Shown piece by piece: positions 12,902 to 26,400 of a stretch of 64,000 nucleotides of DNA. The translations under genes were made by a program, and so were the position numbers. Each line of letters starts with the position of its first letter. Positions within the stretch are counted from its first letter, which is position 1. The notes beneath the pieces are model-generated. The model did no database searches. It saw only the letters and a program-made list of their open reading frames with translations, and was not told the origin of the DNA. Origin of the DNA: Vicugna vicugna (lineage: Eukaryota); NCBI GenBank assembly GCA_013265495.1, contig MU061560.1, positions 806,001 through 870,000 on the forward strand. The letters are read 5' to 3'.

Positions 12902-13541
12902 TATACTACTTTTAAACCTGATTTTTTTGTCACTGAACAGTATTGGTCTATTTTAATATACCTTTATCTTTCATCCATAGTCTATTGAATCAATCCTGTA
13001 TTATGCGCCCATTAGATAGATTTGTCTATTTGATCAAATGCTTATTTTTAAATAAATGATCCAAATGATTGACCCATAATTGAGTTTTTAAGGTCATTCG
13101 AGATATAAACAGCATTATTGTTACTAGTTTTTATTACTAACTATTACTAGCTGATATAAGCTACCAGCAATTAGGCAGGGCATCGTGACTCACTAGGAGT
13201 GCCCCAAATTATGGTTTACTGATTTCTCAACTGTGTTTTATAGTAAAGACAAAACAAAATATAAAGAACCTTCAATTGTGAATCAGGATATTTTATTTTC
13301 AACCTAGTTTAAGAGAAGTAATATTTCTTTACCTTTAATTTTTCCATATTGAGGGAGAATAACTCCTCTTGGAAGTCAGTGACTGCCACCCTGTCCTCTT
13401 TGGCCACTTAAAATGCTCTGAGTGCACCTGCGTCTCAGTTACTGGCGTGGAGTAAGTCACATGCAGAGAACCTCTGACTGTTTTTGTTTTTAAGTTCCAC
13501 CTGCGCACGAGAAAGAGCGAGGCAGTGTAACACAAACAGAA

Positions 13542-13721
13542 CAGTGGGTCTCGACTGCTAGCGTACATTAAAAACACCTGGGAAACTTGAGCAAACACTT
13601 TTCCCCAGACTCTTTTTTTCTTTAGGAGATTCTGACTTAATTGGCCTGAGGTGAGGCATGGGCATCACCATTTTAAAGACTTTTGAGGTGATTGTCGTGA
13701 ATAGCCAGGTTGAGGACCACT
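13542..13721. mobile_element. MER5A-like hAT-Charlie MITE
   Basis: cagtgggtctc...cacctggga...agattctgacttaattggcctgaggtgagg...ggttgaggaccact. Confidence 0.7.
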
Positions 13722-15249
13722 CATGCAGGGAAGCCTGATATGTATATTTCATCTCTAATGGAATAAAAAGTTTATTCTTCCCTTGGGCACTGTAAACATA
13801 TTTTTGTAAGATATAGTATCAAAATGTTATTAGTACCTTTAAATTCAGTTTTCTCAGAAGAGTCTGGAGACAATAGAAATGACTTAATTTTCCCTCAGAG
13901 GTAAGAAAGAAGTAATTCTAGAATGAATAGAATAACAATGATGTTTTACTTTACAAATAAGTATTAAATCAAGAGAATGTGTAATGCAGGCAGAAAAGAG
14001 AGTAAGTTTCATAGGGTGTGGACAAAATGATGTGTGATGGATTGTTTAGAAGGGAGCTGGGGCTATTCAGAATGCCTATTTATTCCTTAGGTTTGAAATC
14101 ATGAGAATAATTACTTTTTTCTTTATTTGTAAATGTCTTTTTGGGTCATGGTTACATACAATACCAAGTCGAAAGAATGGCTAATTTTACTCACCTGGAC
14201 CCTAATAAGACTGTTTATCACAGAGTTCAGAGCTGGAAAGGCCCTCCAGAGTAACTGAACCCAAACTCCTCTTGTATCTTACCCCTGCTGTGACATTCAG
14301 AGCAAGTGACATATGTCTTTTGCTTACACACTTTTAGTGATGAGGAAATAATTAGCGCACATTTAAATTTGAACATTTCTAGTTGTTAGAAAATTCTTCT
14401 TGTACTTTACAAAAATGTGGTGGTCTATCATTTCTACCCCTTTATTCTACTATCTGGAGAAAGAAACCATTAGTAGAGTCAGTTGTCCTAAATAAATCAA
14501 ATAAAAGAATTAGTGATTTTTTTCTTTGTAGATGAAAAGTATAAAAACAATAAACATTACAGCACATTTTAAATAAAACACTGTAAGCTTTCTGATATTT
14601 TGCCTGTATGTGAAACAAACTATTCTAATTTATCAAATATTGAGTACAATTCAATGTAGTGAATAATGAGTGCTTCTTGGGTACAGAAGTATGAAGATGG
14701 AGATATGTGGAAAAAATAACTACATGTAAGTGAATTTTTAGTCATTTGAACAATTTTCAAACTGGAGCAATCTTCCTTCCCTAGTGAACTAAGGTTTCTA
14801 CTTGAATTTATCCTGATCGATATATTTATCAATGCCTTAGACAAAAATGCAAAAGTCATATTTATCAAATTACACATATAAATATGGGGATGGGGGCAAA
14901 TAGTTGTTGCAGTGCTCTGAGGTTCCTTACTGGAGCCTGAGATGAAAAAAAAAGTATCCCCCCATATACACTTGTCGAAGTAGCTCCTCATATTATGAAC
15001 CAAATGGAAAAGGTAATAAAAACTTTACAACCAAAAATCATGGCTACATATAAAATCGGCTTTGTCCAGTCTGCTCCCATGCTGTCATCAGCCCACATAA
15101 ACCCACTGTGATAGAGATGGGGTGATGTGGGGATGGGGGCTTGGTGGCCACCCTGGTCTGGGAACCACAGTCTGCTTGGAAATGACTGTTCCCACAGCAC
15201 AATAATGCAGGGTCATAAAACAAGTGAAAAAACACACAAACGAGAATTG

Positions 15250-16075
15250 TCTGTCTTTAAAATTTTGGTATTTTGCTTATTGTAGATCTTTTGTTATGGA
15301 TTTTGGTTCTTTAAAATGTTCCATTAAAATATTATTTGTTATCTCAAAGAGAAATCTGTACTCTCATGTTCACCATAGCCATTATTCACATATAGCCAAG
15401 GCGAGGAAGCAACCCAACCATGGGGCGATGAATGGATGGATCAAGAAAATGTGCTATATAAACACAAAGGAATATTATTCAGTCATGGCAAAGAATGAAA
15501 TCCGGCCATTTGTGACATGTCTGAATCTGAAGGTCATTATACTGAGTGAAATAAGTCAGACAAAGGAAGACAAATACTGCATGGTGTCACTTACATGTGG
15601 AATCAAAAAAACAAAAAACAAAAAACAAACCAAAACTTGAATTTATAGAAACAAAGTAGAATGGTGGTTGCCAGAATTGCAGGCAGAGGTAAATGGGGAG
15701 AGAATGGCAAAAGGATACAAACTTTGAGTTATAAGATGGGTAAGATCTGAGGACCTAATGCGTGATGTGGTGACTGCAGTTGATAATACTGTACTGTAGA
15801 ACTGACATTTGCTAAGAGAGCAAAACCTTTGTTATCACCAAAAAAATAAGGGTAAATATGTGAGGCGATGTCCGTGTGGGAACTCGGTTGTGGGAATACC
15901 TTCACAGTGTTTACATATAAGAAGTCACCACATTGTCCACTTTAACTATGTTGTAAGTCTGTCAGTTATACCTCAACAAAACTGAAGAAATTATTTGTCT
16001 TGATTCCTGAGAATTTTTGTGCCCCTTAAATTTTGCCCTTGAGGTGAATCTCTTAACCTTAATCTTGGCTCTTGC
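15250..16075 (-). mobile_element. MER53-like hAT element split by an L1 insertion (halves ~15250-15338 and ~15988-16075)
   Basis: 'taaaattttggtattttg...attaaaatattattt' on the left continues as 'attatttgtcttgattcctgag...gccccttaaattttgccc' on the right. Confidence 0.6.
15340..15987 (+). mobile_element. 5'-truncated L1 (L1MA-like 3' end)
   Basis: ORF2 C-terminus ...WIKKMCYINTKEYYS...ILSEISQTKEDKYCMVSLTCGI, then 3'UTR ending gtcagttatacctcaacaaaactg. Short TSD attatttgt. Confidence 0.85.
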
Positions 16076-16199
16076 CTGTTGTATTGAATAATTGAATAAT
16101 GATCCATTTAAAAAGTAATAAGATAAAATATAGAGATAATAATAATAAGATAGTAATAAGATAGAATATAGAGATGAAACTAACATGATGGAAGTTAGG

Positions 16200-17010
16200 A
16201 TAAAAGTAAATGAGGAAATTCAGAAAATCCACTTTGTACGTTTAGGACTGGGGATTCATGGTTTAATGTCAGTTCACATAAAAAGGAATTCAGAGCTGTA
16301 GCTGGCTGTAGGCTCAGTGTCATATAGTTATTTAAACGCGAATACCATTCAATCTGCAGAGAATAAGGAACCACGATGGCAACTTTATTCCACACTGGAC
16401 AGACCCCTGGAGAGCTGCTAGTTCCTGCATTTAAAAATCCATTTCAATTAAGTAGAGCATATTCAGGGGACTGAGAAATAGAGAGAATCTGGAAATTATA
16501 TCCTTGTGAAGAATAACAGAAGGAAAAGGGAGGGATTATTTTTGGGAAGAGATTAAAATTGTCAGGCACAAAATAGCTCTTTTCAAATACAGTGGTTCTC
16601 AAGGCTGCCTGCACGTTAGAGTCACATGAGTTTTTAAAACTTCAGACGCACAGATCACACCCCAGATAAGATGAATCAGACTTCTGCAGATGGGATCAGA
16701 AGTTATGCTCCCCGGATGACTCCAATGTGCACCCAACTTTGAGAATCACTAATTAGAAAAATTGTCAAGTGGCAGAAAATTAGCCTCATTTTATTATATT
16801 TTATGGAATAGAACTAATTTCCAGATATGGAAGATTCTGAGTTACTTTGGCTCAACATAAAAGGCACATTTTAACTCGCATTTTCTAGAAGTCCTTTGAT
16901 AGGAGTAGACCCACCACAATTACAGTTGGTGCAGAGGCTGAGTGTTGTGGAGGACTCTTTTGCTTTGGCTGAGAAGGTGAATTGGATAATTTCTAATAGT
17001 CTTTCTATCT
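16200..17010 (+). mobile_element. L3/CR1 LINE relic with a MER5A-like MITE inserted at ~16590-16750
   Basis: CR1-like 'actttattccacactggacagacccctggag...agagcatattcagggga'; MER5-like 'cagtggttctcaaggctgcctgcacgttagagtcac...ttgagaatcact'. Confidence 0.55.
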
Positions 17011-17281
17011 TAATAATTTTATTACCCTGTCCCCCAAATTCTTTAGCAATCCCCTTTAGAATGAACATCCTTTGCCTACTTTGACCTTTGAGTTATAGGG
17101 TCAGTTACTGACTAACCTACTCATTTCTGCTTTCCTGCTCAATTTAGATAGATTAAAGCTGGAAAAATGACATTTGCAATGAGAGCTATTAGTCTGAGCA
17201 GATTATCTCCATGATAATCTAATTGCACAGGTACAAATACTTTGCAGAAATGAGTATTTGACAGACCATTTCTACGCTTTC

Positions 17282-17316
17282 TGTGTGTGTGTGTGTGTGT
17301 GTGTCTGTGTGCGCGC
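17282..17316. repeat. (TG)n microsatellite
   Basis: Read directly from the sequence. Confidence 0.95.
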
Positions 17317-17979
17317 TGAGTATAAACTAGAGCATCTTAGATGAAACATAAATATTAGGTTTTAACTTTAATTACATTCTGTTTAGCAGAGAACGGGCAA
17401 GATGTAGTTTTACTCCCTGGAGAGTTGTGGGTGGGAGAGCAAGGTCAGTACAGACAACTGTCCTTCATCTGTTTAAAACAAGCACACTTCTTTCTTTACT
17501 TACTTCAGTGATAGAATGATAGATGATATATATGTACATAAGATACTGAGATAATAAAAAGCCCCGTGAACCAGAAGCATTAAATAAATCGTACTTATGA
17601 GACTATGCCCCTTCCAAAATGAACATTTCTATTTGTCTACACTTATTTCCAAATACTTTCTCCTGATAGCTGACTGCTTCTTATTCAACTTGAATATTTA
17701 AAAACATTTACCTTTTCCCATAATATATATACTAATTAAAATATTTCATAAATCCTGGAAAATTTCCTTAAACAGGTAAAAATGATTCATATTGAATAAT
17801 GAAAACCTTAATCACTAACAAACACTATAATTCAGTTAAAAATAATATTATGGAGTCTCGTCTTGTGATTTGTCACTCTTCAGGTTACTGTTAATATTTT
17901 TCTCTGCGCACAGTTGCAAAACGGTGTAAAAGAGCATGAAAAGCTGAGTATGATGTCATTACCGCTGCTTTAAAAACTG

Positions 17980-18620
17980 TTCATTCATTTAAAAAATCTT
18001 GCCTGAGTTGCCTATTCTGTGCCAGCCCATGTGCCTGGCAATTGGCCTGCATTGTGGGCAAGATAGACAAACTTACTCCCAGCATGAAGTTTGGGGGATA
18101 GATGATAAACAAACACACGAGGGCATACATAATATAGTTTCAGGCATTGACAAGTGCTATTAAATCAATGCGGGGCAAGGGGATGGAAGGTCATAGGGAA
18201 ACCAGATGCCATATCATGGGGATGCTCAAGTATCACTATGGAGGGGGCTACATGGTGACGAACTAAGGTCTCTTGCCAACAGCCAGTGCCACCTGGCCAG
18301 CCACATGAAGAAGCTGTCTTAGCCTTGGACCCTCCTGCCCCTAGTCAAGCTTCAGATGACGACAGCCCCGGCTAACATCTTATGGTAACCTCATGAGAGC
18401 CTTTGCACCCAGAGCACCCAGCTAAGCCCCTCTTGAAATTCTGACCCACAGAAAATGCGGGATAACAAATGCTTATTTTTTTAAGTCATGCAGTTTTGGA
18501 GTATTTTGCGGTGCAAAAGAAATAACTCGTGTAAAATCTTTCAGGCAGGATCAGCTTGGCAGCTCTGAGGAATGGCAGAAAGGTCAGCGTGGTTGGAGAT
18601 CAGTTGGGATGGAGAGAGTG
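17980..18620. mobile_element. L2 relic containing an MLT1E/F-like MaLR LTR (~18235-18530)
   Basis: L2 end 'ttcattcattt...tgagttgcctattctgtgccag'; MLT1 'gccaacagccag...agtcaagcttcagatgacgacagccccggctaacatctt...cccagctaagcc'. Confidence 0.65.
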
Positions 18621-18841
18621 GTGGACCATTTCCATCTATGGTCTTTTTTTGTTAATGGAACGTAAGTGAACTTTTTGCAAATACTCAATATATATTTTGT
18701 GTTAGTGGTTCTTTCATTATCTTCTTGGATTTTATAACTTATAGTAAACCATGTACTTAACAAATCTTCATTTAAAAGTTACATACAATGTAAAATACTG
18801 TATTTCAGCCATGGTCAGGTTACTGAGTTTTCCAGTGGCTA

Positions 18842-19154
18842 CTGCATACCTCAGAGCTTCAGGTTTGGTTCCAGACCACAATAAAGCAAATATCTCAATA
18901 CAGCAAGTCAGATAATTATTTTTGTTGTTTTCCAGTGCATATAAAAGCTATGTTTACACTATACAACAGTCTTTTAAGTGTGCAATAACATTATGTCTGA
19001 AAAAGCAATGTACGTACCTTATTTAAAAAACACCGCTGTTGGAGAAATGGTGCTGATAGAATTGCTCGATGCAGAGTTGCCACAAACCTTCAGTTTGTGA
19101 AAAACACATTGCGAAGCTCAATAAAGCAAAGTATAATAAAACAAGATATACCTG
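18842..19154 (-). mobile_element. Internally deleted Tigger1-like DNA transposon
   Basis: TIR-like ends ctgcatacctc / gatatacctg flanked by TA; 'ggttccagaccacaataaagc', 'gttgccacaaaccttcagtttgt'. Confidence 0.8.
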
Positions 19155-19695
19155 TACACTTTTTTGTAAAACAGAGAAATCCTTTGGCTCGATTAACCAT
19201 CAGAAAGCATGATGAAGCAACTCAAATCCTCCAAACATTAGTATTATATAGATTGGAAAATAGATACTAAAAATGTCAGGCTGTGTAGTGATGACTGGCT
19301 ATTACTGATGATCAGACACAGATGGAGTCTTCAAAGATAAAATAAAAACAGCAATTTTTTTATTATTAAAAAGGAAATCTCTTTGCTTTTTGACTCATAA
19401 TTTAAAAACCATTGGGGAAAAATAAGCCATTGTTAAAATGCCTTTTGGATCAAGCCAGTGTCTGTGAAAGATAAGAATAATCAGAAAATTAATTTTCTGT
19501 ATTAGGATTTTGTTTGTACCTAATAATCATTTGCTAGCTTTCATCACCCAGTGGGAAAGTGATACCTCAAAACAATGCTTCTCTGGCTTCTCTCACATCT
19601 CCGTGGGAGCACTAGTCCTTTTGCAAATTCTTCTCAAAGAATATTGGGAATTTCCTCTGGAGACTGGACTGTCTTTTATATTCTCCATTAGCTAG

Positions 19696-20231
19696 TGTTG
19701 GGGACCCAAAGCAGGCCACCCCCAAATATGCCTCAATGACATATTGATAATTTAAATAAAGTTTACCTAAGAAACAACCAATGTCAAAGAAGCACTTTGA
19801 CCCTCCTCTCTGTCTCCCTAAAAGCAGGAGATAAATTTCCCATGTGAGAGGCGCAACCCCTAAATCTGGATATAGGACAGCCTTGTCTTGGGCTGAGAAG
19901 CCTGTTTAAAACAAACCTTGTTATTCCTTTAAATTACTACTCCAAGCTCAAACTCTGTTTAATTTTTTTTTTTTTTTTACTAATTAGTTAGCTTAAGCAC
20001 CCAGGGCCTAGATTTCTTGTTCCATCAACATGACACAAATTTATTGTTTTTTTTTTTTTTGCCTTGAAGGTATAAAATCTGCCTGCTCTGAGCACTTCTA
20101 GGTCCCATTGCTGTGAGAACTCTGTGCACATGAATTAAAATTTACGTTTTTCCCCTCCTGTTAGTCTTTCTTGTGTCCATTTTATTTAGAAGTCAAGATG
20201 GATAGAGGGGGAAATTTCCCCGTCCTCGACA
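19696..20231 (+). mobile_element. Solo ERV1-class LTR (MER34/39-like)
   Basis: TG...CA termini, 4-bp TSD ctag (19692-19695 / 20232-20235), TATAAAA ~20071 and ATTAAA ~20134. Confidence 0.8.
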
Positions 20232-21034
20232 CTAGCGGCTACTCCCAAACTTCCTACCCTGAGTCAAACCAGCAGGCTCTCGTGGTGACTCCATAAGCAG
20301 TCACGGGTACCACCAAATGCTCTGTTGCCAGCGTTACTGGTGCTCCTTGAAGCTTATTCCAAGGACTATGATGTCCAGTGTTTAGACTGTGGCTGTTTGC
20401 TCCAGGGGTAACGAGTGATACCAAATACCCTTGTGAAGATGCCTCTCTGCTGTTTAGACACACAGTGTCTTGGCCAAGTTTGCCATCTGATGTCAAGGAT
20501 CCTGTGCTGGCACTAAATGTACTGCCTCTTGTTGCAGTGCCAGCCTCCAATTCAACTAGACGCTTTCATTATTGGTAGCTAGATCAGAATTAAGTGAAAC
20601 ACCTCTTCTAGGTATTTCTAGACTAAACATTTCAATTCCCTCAACCTAGTAATCCATCATAAGTCCACGGGAAGCTGGCTTTGATGATCATTTGATTGAT
20701 CAATCCAACTACATTCAGAATTATTGTCTCTAAACAAAGTATTGCCCCTTGAGTCTCCTTCCCTTAGGAAAAATTCATTTTTAGCAGCTGTCTCTAAAAT
20801 CTGATGTCAATAGTCCCATTGTTGGTCTGTCCTGCTGTTTTCCTTGGTGCCTTACGTTAATACCGGGTAGTCAGGCCGTCTTCAGCATAATCGGCCCTTC
20901 CTTCTTCTGTACTTCTCATGTGTATTTCATCACCAACTCATGTATTCTACTCAACAATTTCTTCCTAAACGGCTCCTCTTTTCCATTCTACTGCACTTGC
21001 CCTAGTTTGGGGCATTATCATGTTCATAGAGACC

Positions 21035-22195
21035 AGCATTTTCAAGTGTGCTCTGCAGGTCCCTGGATCCCCAAAACACGTATAGAGGGTCAATGAAATC
21101 AAATCTATTTTTACAAAAATACTAAGAAATTATTTATCTTTTCCACTATGTTGACATTTGCACTAACAGCACAGAGTGATGGTGGCTAAAAATGTTGGTT
21201 CTGAGCACAAATTAAGTCAATGGCACCAAACTTACTAGTAGCTATTTTATCCTTCAGCGTGTAAGGGAGAAAACATCTCTCTCTCTACTCAGCTTAGGCT
21301 CTCCTGCTGGGGCCCTGGAGACTGGACTGACAGATGACAGATTAACAGGACGAATGTGCAAAATTTGTTTAATATAAATTTTATGTGACATGAAGGTAAT
21401 GAAGACCTGGAGAAGGAGTTAAGTCTCAGCATTTTTATCCTAGATTTGATGAAGAATGGAAAGTTGTAGAAAAATGTGATAAGACAAAAGGGCATGAGCT
21501 ATTTGTTCATTTGGATTCCTCTGGACGCCCCTACGCCATTGGAAGTAAGGGATCTCCTTTGCTCCTGGTACAGGGAAGGTGATGCTCACATGAAGGTCTT
21601 ATGACCTAATGTAGGGGAAAGGAGGATATCAGAGTTTTTCTTGCACCTGTTGTTTCTCAAAATCCTTCACTTTAAAATATTCAATATGCCGAAGTGCCGC
21701 ATTTGGGGGTATCTGAACCCTGTCATCTACCAAGTGAGTTTCATTTGAGAATGTCTTTGATGAGCAGTAGAAATTATAAATTTGACTAGATCTCAACCTT
21801 TGCGTTCACATCTTTTAAATATTCTATGTTACAAATAGGAAGCATTCATAGAGCCCTTCCACTACAAACTGTTGTCCGATGGTGGCCTTGAGGGAAAGTC
21901 CTTCCTGTTGTTTGATTTGTGAGATGAACTTACTGCTTCTCCATGCAACATTTTTAACTTGAAACTGGCAGAGCAAAATATGGTTGCTCAGATTTGATTA
22001 TTTGGCAGACATTTCCTCAAAAATGAACAAAGTGAGCCTGTTGTGTCAAGGAACACAACTGACAGTGTTTGTTGCTAATAATAAAATTTGAGCTAACTAA
22101 CTACAAATTTTGGAAATCTGTATGTGCTACTGTGAGCTTCCCAACACTTATAGACTTTTTTCCCTTCTCTGATCAGTGTTCATCTTGCTATTAAC
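21035..22195. mobile_element. Charlie1-like hAT transposon relic, interrupted by an LTR
   Basis: 'ttgacatttgcact...tggcaccaaac' and 'tttggcagacatttcctcaaaaatgaacaaagtgagcctg...caaggaacacaactgacagtgtttgttgc'. Confidence 0.75.
21260..21725 (-). mobile_element. Solo ERV1 LTR (MER34-like) inserted in Charlie1
   Basis: tgtaagggagaaaa ... aatatgccgaagtgccgcatttgggggtatctgaaccctgtca; TG...CA termini. Confidence 0.7.
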
Positions 22196-23419
22196 AAAAG
22201 TGTGGCAGGGTCAAGAGCCACACTTCAGCACCCCAGCTCCAGATTTTGTGCTCTGAAGCTCTTCTTCTTCCTTTTGCTTTCTATAGAACAAATAAGGTCC
22301 AAACCCTTAACATGCCAACCAGGTGACATCTGTCCATCCTGTGGAATGACTGAGGATCAGCTGTGGCAGTGGGGGTGGGATAGACATCTGGAGATACTGA
22401 CAGGTGATTCAGTGAGGGGTTCATAAACGGGGGGCATCCTGGTTGGTGGCCTATATGAAGTGGACAGGCTGGACTGACTTCCCCTAGGCAGTCCTTCCAA
22501 AGACAAGAAGTAGATTTAATTATTTGAATTGAACTGGGAATATTAAGGCTTAGCCGCTGGCTAGCAGGGCATATTGGAGGCACTGTCAATCTGGGGCCCT
22601 AGCTTGATGTGAGTTTCTTTTGGGGACCCCCAAAATGTAAACAATACTTTTTCTTCTAGGGGTGCCAAATGCACCCTTGGGAAAGCTGTTCTTGTGTAGA
22701 AGCCAAGCATTAACTTGCTTCCCTCCTGAAAATACAATGACTTGACTTAAAGTGGTCATAAGACATCTTCAAGGGTTTAAAGAAAAACCTCCAATTGATT
22801 CAACCGCCCTCAGATGACTATAGCAATCCCTCCAAATTGAAGTTACCCTTGGTTACTTCTCAGAATAACTGGCTTGTTTTTTACGTTCACTTTGTAGATA
22901 GCTATTCCTATGATGGGGGGGGTAATTCAATTAGAAAAAGTGGTATGAAATTTGTCTTTGTCTTTCATCAAAGTGATCAATGGTACCAACTCAGTGCTAA
23001 AAGTCGTACAGACCAGTCTCAACTCACTGACAAGCATTGTAAGGATGACAGAATTACCTAAGATTTCTTTTTCTGGAAGGCTGAGGTGAAGAATGAGCGA
23101 CTGCTGGTATGTATTTACTGTACCTGAATTAATGTCTCCAGCCAAGTAGAAAGGTCAGTACAGAAGCTTCAGGTGAAGTCCACCTGTGTTTCTAACGTAG
23201 GCCCTGATGGTTCACGCTATTTGTTTGGCTGGTCATGTCCTGGACCCAGCAGGGCGTGGTTGTGGTCAGTTCTGTAGGTTGGCTTGGAGTCTTATTAATA
23301 GTCTTAATTAAGACTATTACTGGACGAGAAAAATTGAATAGATTAGGTCTTAGTCTCTGTCATGTTAATCAGAATGGCTGATGTGGTGGTGCACTCACTG
23401 AAAAATTCGTAGAAGCCAA

Positions 23420-23938
23420 GATGATGTGGAAAAGAGGGGTGGATATTATCCTTGACTCGCCTATATTTCTGCACATCTGATGAACAGAGGCACTGATTAC
23501 CTTTGTTCTGGGCCATCTTTTCAGAATTTTAGTGTGGTGAATAGTCTTGGAAGACAGATAACGTCTCTTCCAGAGCAAAGTTCAGACGTGATTACAGTCT
23601 TGGAAAATAGACACAGAGCTTCCCTACAGAACAAAGGGCAGGCACACTTAATGCCCATTGTAAGAGACTTGGGTTCCCTAAGCTCTAAGTTCCTCTCCTG
23701 TAATGCAACCCGTGGTGTGTGCACATGCCATCCGGCCCTGTGTTGTCACCCTGTTGGAACTGGAGAGCAGGGATCAGCATAAGAAAATGCTAAAGCTCCG
23801 GCTATGAGTAATGCTGTGAATAATTAAGTGCTGTATTTCTGGAGTCTTGTGTCCTCTGCAAGCATCCCAGAAACTATGACAGACTAGCTTGTTCGCTTGC
23901 AGGTAGGGTAAGATGTCAGACTCTCCCAGTTCTTGACA
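23420..23938 (+). mobile_element. ERVL LTR (MER54/73/74-like)
   Basis: 3' end 'gcttgcaggtagggtaagatgtcagactctcccagttcttgaca'. The 5' boundary is approximate. Confidence 0.65.
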
Positions 23939-25859
23939 TGCTGGCGCAGTATTTCCCTTAGATTTCTTTCTTTCCAAACCCCAAACGACCGCCTGGTTAT
24001 GCTACCAAAATAGACTCCCTAAGATTCACCTAAGGGTGGCAAACAAAGACCTATGCACCTGGGCTGGCAGAGGGGTGGTCTGACTCAGCATTCATCCATA
24101 CTCTCCCCTTGCTCATTACGCTTGCCGGATTGCTGAGCCACTATGTTTTACATGAGCAATGGATGTACTTTTAACTTGAGGAAAGTTTTTTCCTATTAAT
24201 AACAATGTTATAATGAATATTGCCTTTTCATGTTATATACATTTTGCCACAATAAAAAAATAGCCTCATCCTCTTAGGTTTGGTTAATGATTACATTTGT
24301 TAACATGTGTAAAAAATTTAGATTATGCCTGATCCATATTAAAGGCTGTATGTGGATTAGTCGCTAATTATTATGGTTGAATCTGGGCTTCAAGAAGTTT
24401 CTGTTTCAAAATTTTGGATCACAGGATCAAGACTAAGTGAATATTGTTTTGAATTTGTATTTTGGAATATGCCTCATCTATAGGGAAATTTCTAGGGAAT
24501 TACTGGGTCAAAGAACATGCTAATTAAAACAAACAAGCAAATATACAATGAAAAATATTTGTCCCACCGCTGCCCCTACCCATACAGTTCTCTTCCCAGG
24601 TATCCAATGTTATCCTTTCAGAAATACTTATGTAAATACAATCCAAATACATACATTCATGGTCTTTCCCCCTTTTAATTTCTTTTAATGTTAATGATTA
24701 TGTATTTTACACATTGTTTTGTATCCTAAATTTTCTGTTAAGGTTGTTATTTTGAGATCTTTCTGTATCAGTCATAAAGAGCTCCCTCATGAGTCTTTTA
24801 ATTGCTGCATACTTTTATACTGTATGGATTTTCCTTCCCAGTGCCCTATCCGTCCCACACATTTTTTTAACCCTGTCAATTGTAGACACAAGACGGTTAA
24901 CGTGGCTTTCCCACTGCTGCATCATTTGGCTTCTTGTTTAGTAGCAATATATTCTCTCCCTTAATTCTCAGTGATCGCATTTTATATTCTTTAAGCACCA
25001 GTACTCTTCATAATCATTCTATTAATTGTTTGATTGATTTTGCTTTGCTCATAGGGTACTCTTTTTTACTTTTTTTTTAAACTTCAGGTCATATAGTTAT
25101 TCTCTGAAATAGGACAAGGAGCTCCAAGTCCTGCCAGAGAAAACTCAAGATGTCTCTAGGAGAAGAAAACACTCCCAGATGTTTGACTTTTGTTTCCTCT
25201 TTATTATGGTTGTTAGCAAAGACCTGCAATGATTGTGATGGTCGTTTGCAAAGGCTGAGGTTGGCTGGCTCAGCTCGAAGACTCTGATGTGTGATGTTTT
25301 TGTTCAGAATTGACAAGGATGGTATAAGATTAAGCAAAGGGTAGCAGGACTTTATAGAGCTTTTTTGAACACTTACACCTTCTCTGCCAAGACAGCTGCT
25401 TTTATGATGTTGACTTGTGCTTAGTATGTTTGTCTCCATACTTCCCTTGGCTTAGAGTTTATTCTGATTAAAACACTAATTATTAACATTCCTATTTACC
25501 AGGAATGGTGGTCTGGGATAGTCTGGGAGTGTAATCTCGTTTGGTCTGTTAATTGGTTTGCACTCTTAGCTCATTTTAAAATGCTAAGAAAGGTCCTGGA
25601 GGCAAATGACGTAATTAAGCTGGAGTATCGGTCACTTCTTACTGCCTCTTTCTCCAGTGAGCAGAGACTGTCTGCAGACAGAAACGAAGTCTACCTAAAA
25701 GAGAAGCAATTAAGGTTCCAATTTACAGTTTAAGTAAGGATGAATCTTATTGTACCTTAGACGGTCTTTGTGAAATTTGATTATTATGAAGTGTGAAATG
25801 GGAAAAGTACGCTTAGGAGATCCACGTAGTAATGTTCTGATTGAAAGCAACATTTAAGA

Positions 25860-26120
25860 CTTCGTGGTGGGGTGGCTTACCGTGTAGAAACACAAACTCT
25901 GGAGTTAGATAGATCTGAGTTTTGGTCCTGGTTGTAACATCTGGTGTTTAACATCTATTTAACTTACTATCTGTAAGATATTGGTCAAATTATCCTAAAT
26001 TTCAGTTTCCTCATCTTTAAAACGGATATAAAAATAGTTGCAGAATAATATGCTTTAAGGATACATGAGTTAGCATAAGTCAAATAGCTCAGGCATCATA
26101 GGCTTTTAATAAATGTTTAT
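25860..26120 (+). mobile_element. MIR SINE
   Basis: 'actctggagttagatagatctgagttttggtcctgg...cagtttcctcatctttaaaa...taataaatgtt'. Confidence 0.7.
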
Positions 26121-26400
26121 CTTTTTTTTTATAAGTCTTATGTGATTGAGGGAGAGTAATTAGAAATAATAAATGACAGCAATGACAACAAAACTCCATC
26201 TGTGAAAATCTTTCTCGCTGCAGGTCACTTAGATAAAGGCAGCCAGCCCTTCTGGAGAAAAGCATCTCTCCAAATGCCTTGAAATGTTTTCTTCACATAG
26301 ACACATCTTGAGTTTTCTCTGGCAATCTTTATTATCAGTTTGATTAGGGGCTTATCATAAGCCAAACAGATTAGTCTGGATTTAAAAAGCAGGGACTTCA

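Noticed and set aside
23080..23106. Possible 27-nt micro-exon (AEVKNERLL)
   Set aside because: The acceptor is weak (gaag) and the segment is too short to support from sequence alone.
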